Origin: a virus
Taxonomy: Duplodnaviria > Caudoviricetes
IMG/VR virus record: IMGVR_UViG_3300005805_000194
Span: 1-39,494 of that record
Length of the DNA stretch: 39,494 nucleotides
Strand: one strand, 5' to 3'
Shown: positions 17,601 through 26,600 of the stretch, piece by piece
How positions within the stretch are numbered: the first letter of the stretch is position 1
Layout: every line of letters begins with the position of its first letter
Position numbers and translations under genes: made by a program
Notes under the pieces: generated by a model
What the model saw: the letters and a program-made list of their open reading frames with translations, nothing else
What the model was told of the DNA's origin: nothing
Database searches by the model: none

Positions 17601-20600
17601 CGAAAGATTATGAATTTAATGGAATATTTGGTTTCGTAAATATTCTTAAATCATTAAATGAAAATGATCTAATAGAAATTAGAGAATACGTTTCGACAGC
17701 ATCTTGTCATATTCCTCCTACACCTTCAACATTAGGATTGTATAAAAAATATACTCCTATGAAATTTGTTGATGATACATATCGAGAACCTAAAGAAGTA
17801 ATACAAGGGCATGACGGTAGTATTACTATCGCTTACGGTGACTTCCGAGACGATTTATTATTAGAATTAGAATACAGAATTTACAATAATATCAAACAAG
17901 AATATAATGCCAAAGTGTTTGATATTGATGTAACAGTCGGCGGATACTACGGTAATGCGTTGTTTAACAAAGACGAATTAAATGATGTAATAAATCCAGA
18001 ATTTTTAAAATGGGTTCAAAATACAAATATCAATTATACACTAAATGAATATTTTGTAGAATACGAACCGTTCACTTATACCTATAGTAACATGTCAGAC
18101 CCGACTGGCACACAAAACTTGCCAGGATGGTGGAGAGGAGTGTACAGATGGTTCTACGATACAGATCGTCCACATCGTTGTCCATGGGAGATGTTAGGTT
18201 TTACAGAACAACCAACATGGTGGGAAGCTACTTATGGAGCGGCTCCGTATACCAGCAACAATTTGATTCTATGGGAAGATCTACGTGATGGGTATGTTCG
18301 TCAAGGTACACGAGCAGGTCGTTATGATAGATATAAACGTCCATCTCTGATGAGTCATTTGCCTGTTGACGCTGATGGTAAATTGTTAAGTCCTTTAGAT
18401 TCTGGGCTAGCTAGAGATTTTGTTTTATTAAACAATCGAGGTTCATTTACATTAGGTGATGTATCACCGGTAGAATATGCTTGGAGATCAAGTTCAGAGT
18501 GGCCATTTGCTATGGCTATTGCGATGTGTTTATTAAAACCATTTGACTTTATCGCTAATAGTTTTGATAGATACTCAACTGTAAAAAATAAATTAAATCA
18601 GACTATCAATAAGACCACAGGAACATTCGTTACCCTTGAAGATCTTATTGTTCCTGATACAACTGGAGAACAGACCGCCGGACTAGTAAACTATTTGGTT
18701 AGTTATATTAAATCTAAAAATTTATCTTTAGATATTTTAAATAAAAATATTAAAAATCTTTCAGTTCAACTATCGACAAGATTAAGTGGATTTGTAGATA
18801 AAGAACAACAAAAATATCTATTAGATACTAAGAGCCCCAAATCAGCAACCAGTGGAATTTTTATTCCACCGGAAAACTATGACATTGTATTCAATGTTAG
18901 TTCCCCTGTTAAGAGCTTAACCTATAGTGGGGTATTATTAGAAAAAACCGAAGGTGGGTGGATAACTAACGGATATGATGATGTATTACCATATTTTGGT
19001 TATTATGAACCATTAGTCAGCCAAGGAGATCCTTTAATCTCAGTTGGCGGAGTAAGTGAAAACTTTGTCGAATGGGAATCAGAATATAGATATTCTAACG
19101 GTCAGATAGTTTTATATAAAAATGATTTTTATAGAGCAAACATAACACATCAAAGCTCGACAGAATTTGTTTTAGCCAATTGGAAAAAATTACCTAAGTT
19201 ACCACTAACTGGTGCGGTTGAAGCATTTAAGAGAAGAGAATTTAACAAGACTCGAATTAAAAAATTAAGTTATGGTTCTAAGTTAACAACACTACAACAG
19301 GTAGTTGATTTCTTATTAGGATATGAAGAATACCTTAAAGATCAAGGATTTATTTTTGACAATTATGATACAGAAAATCAAGTAAGTCAAGACTGGACTA
19401 CAAGTTGTAAAGAATTTATGTATTGGACCAAACACAATTGGGCATTAGGTTCGATAATAGCATTAAGCCCAGCAGCAGAAAAAGTACATGCATCTGTTAC
19501 AGTTGGTGTGGCAGAAAACATCATCGATGGATTCTATGACTATCAGGTTCTTAAAGATGATGGAAAACCTTTACCGGTTGCAAATATCAATGTTAATAGA
19601 ACATTCCAGAATATCACCATTGAAACTACAAATACAACAGAAGGTATATATTTCATTAAACTTTACTATGTTCTTAAAGAACACATTACAGTATTTGATG
19701 ATATCACAGTGTTTAATGATGTTATCTATGATAAGCCAACAGGATATAGACAAGATCGTATTAAATCAGTTGGATTCCGCACAATAGATTGGGACGGCGA
19801 CTATACCAGCCCAGGATTCTTGTTTGATAATGTAAACATACAAGTATGGCAACCATTTACGGATTATAGATTAGGTGACATCGTTTCATATAGAAGCTAT
19901 AATTGGACCAGCTTGAAAAATCAATTAGGCACGGAAGAATTTGATGATACCAAATGGACCAAACTAGATTCAACACCAACAAAACAATTAGTTCCTAATT
20001 TTGATTATAGAATTAATCTAATTGAAGATTATTATGATATTACTTCAGACGGTATTGGCGTAACAACGACTGCATTATCACGCCATGCAACTGGATATCA
20101 ATCGAGACTATATTTAGAAAATCTTTCTGAAGATATGGTAACACAGTATCAACTCTATCAAGGATTTATCCGAGAGAAAGGTACTAACAATGCTATTACT
20201 AAAGTATTCAATAAACTCAGTCGCGCAGAGGATGCAGCCGTTGTTTTAAAAGAAGAATGGGCTTTCCGAGTTGGTAGATTGGGCGGTGTTAATCAGTTAA
20301 GAGAAATTGAATTCACAATTGATAAAGATGAATTCCAGTTAAATCCTCAACCTGTATTAATTTCTACAACAATACCGAGTGTCACTATTGATCAGTATTA
20401 TAGAATTAATGAAGCAGGATTTACAATTAAACCTATTCCTTATGATGTGAATATAAATCCAACATCGGCAGATGCAGAGCCAACTAAAACTGCTGGATAT
20501 GTTAAACTTGATCAGGTTGAATTTATTGTAAAAACTAGAGATGACATTTTAAATTTAGATATTTCTGAATTTTATGAAAATGATCATGTGTGGATAACAT

Positions 20601-23600
20601 TCGATTCATTCACATGGAACGTTTTAAGATTAAATGAATCTCCAGTATTAACTATTGTAAGTCTTTCAAGATCTGGTACAGACGTAGTTATTGCACTTAA
20701 TAGAAGACATGACTTCGTTGTAGATGATATTATTGGTATTAAAAATGTATTGAATTTAACTGGATTCTTCAAGATAACATCAGTCGGGTTAGAAACAGTA
20801 ACAGTTAAAATAGCATCAACGACCCAGGATCCTCAACTAGACGATAGTACAGTTACAAATGTACATCTGTTTACAGAAACACGATTTGCATCGTATGGTG
20901 CACTAGATCCTCAAGAAGCAGCACTATTACCAAACGGATCTAGAATTTATATTGATAATAATGGTTCAGATCTTTGGGAAGTAATTAAAAAGAAAAAACA
21001 ATATTCTGGAAAAAATATTGTACAATACGGAACATCTGCTCCTTTATACACTGGGACAGAAGTAGTTTGGAATGATAAACTTAAACAAGCATTAGTAGGT
21101 ATTCCAGGAACTGGATATGTAATGGCATACCTAGAAACAGAAGCTGGATTATCACTAAGACAAATTATTGCTCCAGAACCTGGTCTTGAATCAAATGTTA
21201 TTGGATCATTCGGATCAGCGATAGCAGTAAGTCCTGACAGTAGATTTTTAATAATTGGTGCTCCGGGAGCAAGCGGAATTGAGAGTGATTATCAAGGTGA
21301 TTACAGTCCGATTCGAAGTTACCTTGTTGGCGATATTGTATTGTACGCTGGAAAATTATGGAAAGCGGTTAAAGATACAGTCGGTGATGGTAGTACTGTA
21401 AATGTTTATACAGAAGATTGGGAACCAGCAGTTTCAATCCCAGCCTTTTCTTCAGGACGAAGCACTGGTGACACAAGTCAGGGCATGATCTCAATATACG
21501 AGTGGTCAAATCAGCAATGGGAAATTAAAAATTCTTTTGTTAGCCCTCGCCCAGCAAACAATGAACAATTTGGTTCTGACATAACAATAGGCGTTAGCGG
21601 CACAACTTATTACATGGCAGTATCTGCAAAAGGATCTTTAGAAAATCGAGGTAGAGTATATCTATATGTTTACGACGGTATAGAATGGAAACATCTAGAA
21701 AATCAAAATTACAGAGGAATATATGCCCCTGCTGGAACATACAATCCGATAACCGGAGTATACAATCCGGTCGGTACAACTTTCTATCCACAAGAGTCTG
21801 TAGTATGGTGGGATTCTGCACTTTGGGAAGCACAAGCAGATAATTACGCCGACGGTAGTACATTAAGTATTGATTCTGCTGATTGGAAAAAATTAGATCC
21901 TATTTCTACTCAATGTTCTTTACCACAAAATATTTCATTAAACGACGACGGTTCGACATTGGCAATGGGATTATTAAATCCTAATCAGTTGGCCGAATTA
22001 GTTAAACAAGGTGATCAGTTTGGTCATAGTTTAACAATGAGTCGAGATGGCAATATTCTTGTTGTTGGTTCTCCTAATAGTGATTCTCAATATTTTGCAA
22101 ATTACAAAGGAATATGGAGACCAGATATTGAATATGTCGAAGGAGATGTTGTTAGATATGTTGATCCTTCATTCGTTACTCCTGGATTTGATTCTCAAGA
22201 AGACAGAATGTATTCTTACTATCGATTAGATCAAAGACTTGGCGATCCTGCTGATTCAACAACTAGAAGTTACAACGAACTTCCAGATGCCGGCACACCT
22301 TGGATTAATATCGGAGATAGTTCATCATTGCCATCAGGAAAAGTTTATATCTATCAACGTTCGACCTATGGTACATATGAACTTAAACAGACTATTAATG
22401 CTGATTCATTACCGGAAATCAATGATCTTGATTCTGGAAATACTATAATTAATTCTGGAGATCAATTTGGTTGGGCGTTAGACATTGATTATTCTGGAAC
22501 ATCTTTAGTGGTGTCAAGTCCTCGATCAGATATTAATTTACAAAATCAAGGAAGTGCTTATATATTCCGCACTGACGGGTTTGCTGAACCACAATATAGA
22601 TTAAAACAAAAATTAGAAAGTTTTGAAAGATTTCCTAATGAATATTTCGGTCAAAGTGTAAGCATCACCCCTGGTGCTGAAAAAATTGTAATAGGTGCTA
22701 AAAATAGTCCGTTTGTATTTTTAACAAGATTTGATACGGTATTAGGCACAACTTTTGATCAAGGTAGAACTCGATTCTCCGATATCCAAGGATATGCCGG
22801 CGGTGTGTATGTATTTGAAAATAAAAATGATACATATTTCTTAACAGAAAAATTAGAAACAGATTTATCACCATATGAAAGTTTTGGATATAGTGTTGAT
22901 GCTACAACATCTATAATATTAGTAGGATCTCCTGATTATCAAGAACCAACGATAGAAAATGCTATATTCTCTTTCACCGGACCAAAAATTGGTATGGCGA
23001 GATTGTTTAAAAAATCGGCATCTCTTGATTCTTGGGAAATTTTAGCATCAAGAAATCCTGTGGTTGACATTTCAAAAATCAAAAGCATTGCGATGTACGA
23101 TGATGTGAACAACGTTAAAATACAAGATTTAGATTATGTTGATCAAGCAAAATTAAAAATTTTAAATCCAGCAGAAAAAGAACTTAAATTTAAAACACCA
23201 TATGATCCTGCGGTATATTCTATCGGTACAGATGAATTGATTGTAGATCCAACCCAAGCATGGAAGGAACTGCATGTTGGCGAATTATGGTGGGACATTT
23301 CTAAAGCCAAATGGTTATATTATGAGCAAGGAGATGTAAGTTATAGAACAGGTAACTGGAACACTCTAGCTGAAGGTGCTAGTATTGATGTATATGAATG
23401 GGTACAATCGATATTATTACCAAGCGAATGGGCAGCAGTAGCAGATACCAATGAAGGTGTAGCAGAAGGCATTTCTGGACAACCTTTATATCCTAATGAT
23501 GATGTGTATGCTATTAAAGAATTGTATAATGAAAATACAGGACAATTATCAGGAACACTGTATTACTACTGGGTTAAAAACAAAACTATAGTACCAGAAA

Positions 23601-26600
23601 ATAAAGTAGGTCGCAGTATTTCTGCAGCCACAGTAGCTTCTTATATTAATAATCCTAGCGGAACAGGAATAGCATTTTTATCGATAATTGATGCAGATAA
23701 GTTTTTATTCCATAATGTACATTCAATATTGTCAGTTGATACAGCATCAGTCAATATCCAATATGTTAAAAATGATAGTAGACTAAATCCTATCCATAAC
23801 GAGTATCTATTGTTAACTGAAGGGGTAGCAGATAGTCTTCCTAATGAAAAAATAGAAGCAAAATGGATTGACAGCCTTGCTGGACAAGATGTAGCAGGTA
23901 ATAGAGTTCCCGATCCTAAATTGCCAGCTAAACAGAAATACGGTTTAGAAATAAGACCAAGACAAAGTATGTTTGTTGATAGATTGCCTATTCTTGAAAC
24001 AGTGGTAACAAATATTAATACAGTTTTATCTAAAGAAGCATTTGCTGATACTATTAATTTTACAAATTTAAATTTAGTAGATGAAATACCAAATGAATTA
24101 TTAAATTTATATGACGTCACTGTCGATACCTATGAAGATTTAGTATCAGTAGGAACTACACGTATCAGACAAGCAGTGCTCAGTGTTAATATTATCGACG
24201 GAGAAATTGATACTATTGATGTGGTATCAACCGGTTTTGGATATAAAGTTCCACCGCCAGTAGAATTTGAAGGTGACGGAGTTGGTGCAACAGCTACCGC
24301 CACACTAGATAATCAAGGACGTGTGGTATCGATTACAGTTAATACACGCGGTAAAAAATATACCACAGCGATCGCTAAAATTAGAAATTTTTCAGTATTA
24401 GTTGTTTCTGATTCCACAGCTAGAGATTTTTGGAGCATTTACGCTTGGGATGATGTACGTCAGGTATTTTTCCGTAGTCGATCTCAAGCATATGATACTA
24501 GAAGATACTGGAGTTTAGTAGACTGGTGGAAAGAAGGATATGATCCTACATCAAGAATAACCAGAGAAATTGGAGTAGTATCAGAAGAACAAGAACCAAC
24601 ATTAGGCATTGAAACCGGAGACCTTATACGAGTTAAGGAATTTGCCAGTGGTGGCTGGGCAGTATTTGAAAAACTTGATGTTCCGGAAAATTCAGGATTT
24701 GCAGAACAATGGCTACAGGTTGGTAGACAAAATGGCACATTAAAGATTAGCGAAGATTTGTACAGAATTAATAATGTTGGTGTTGGGTTTGACAACACAT
24801 TGTCATTTGACACAGCGTTGTATGATATTGAAAATTCTTTAGAATTAAGAAATATCCTTAAGGCAGTTAAAGAAGATATTTTCATAGGTGACTATAGAGT
24901 TGAATGGAATCAATTATTCTTTAGTTGTGTTCGTTATTCTTTTGCAGAACAACAATATATTGATTGGGCATTTAAAACAAGTTTCTTAAATGCTACTCAT
25001 AATGTTGGTGCGCTAGAACAAAAATTAAGCTATAAGAACGATAATCTTGAAAGTTTCCAAGAGTACATTAATGAAGTTAAACCTTATAGAACTACAGTAA
25101 GAGAATATGTCAGTAGATATGATACCGTAGAAGACACTCCTACAGTAATGTCGGATTTTGATTCTCCTGCATTTTATTCTGTAAGTGAAGGAAAAATAGT
25201 TCCTGTAACAGCATCAAACGAACAGATAAATTCATATCCGTGGAAGTGGTGGTTAGACTATCAAGGATATTCTATAATATCTATTAAAGTATCAGATCAA
25301 GGATCAGGATATACTTCTGCTCCTACAGTATACATTGAAGGAAATGGAACAGGAGCCACAGCTAGAGCTTATATTTCAAATGGTAAGGTAGCTGGTGTAG
25401 AGATGTTAACTACCGGTTCTGGTTATACTAAACTTCCTACAATATCTTTAGTTGGCGGTAATGCGTCTAATTCTAATAGAGCCACAGCAGTTGCGGTATT
25501 AGGAGAATCGAAAGTAAGAACATTCAATCTATCAATAAAATTTGATAGAGTTTCTAAAACAGGATTCTACACAGAATTTACACAAACAGAAACAATCACT
25601 GCTCCCGGATCTCAAGCAGTCTTTAATTTAACTTATGCACCATCAAGAGATAAGTCTAAGATATCTATTCTTAAAAATGGTTTATTGATGTTAAGTGATG
25701 AATATATTATTAGTCTTTACATATCTACATCAGATACCTACAGTGCATTGAAAGGAAAAGTTACCTTTACAACTCCTCCAGCTAAGGGAGATGTAATCAC
25801 AGTCAATTACGAAAAGAATGATGAATTACTAGACAGTGTCAACAGAATTGAAAAATATTATTCACCCGCAAATGGAATGAAAGGTAAAGATCTTGGCCAA
25901 CTAATGACAGGTATCGACTTTGGTGGCGTACAAATACAAGGCACAACGTTCGATGTTACAGGTGGATGGGATGCTCTTCCTTGGTTTACAGACAATTGGG
26001 ATAGTGTTGAAAGTTCTGCAGATTATTATCATGTATGTGATGGTAGCACAACCAGTGTAATATTACCGTTTACCCCAGCAGATAGTCAGCAGATTACAAT
26101 ATATCTTAAGAGGGCGGGAACTGCGGTCATTCCAAGCATTGATGATTTAGCATATTCTGAATCAATACCAGAATCTGCAACTGTAAGAATCGATGATCCG
26201 TTCTATGATGCAATAGACGATTCTTCAACATCTTCGAATCCAACCGCTCAAATGCCTACATTTATAGGTGACGGTATCAATAAAGAAGTAGTGATTGGGG
26301 CGTATGTACAAACAAATCCCGGAGATATTTTAATATTCCGACCACTTGAAAGTGACGGATCTGTAACTATTACAGATACTAATCTTCTTGATACTAAATT
26401 AAGTGGCGGATCGTTAGCATCGATGAGTGGTGCGTATGCAACAGCCAACGGAACTACAGCAGAAGAGATTAGTATTGACGGTGATAAATTTATCAGTCCA
26501 GATCAAGTTCCTGCACCGGAAGAGAATGTTCCAGGACAAGTTCTTGATAGTTTAAGTATTCGCGTATTTAATAATACACGTAGCGGTGCAGCACCCTTAC

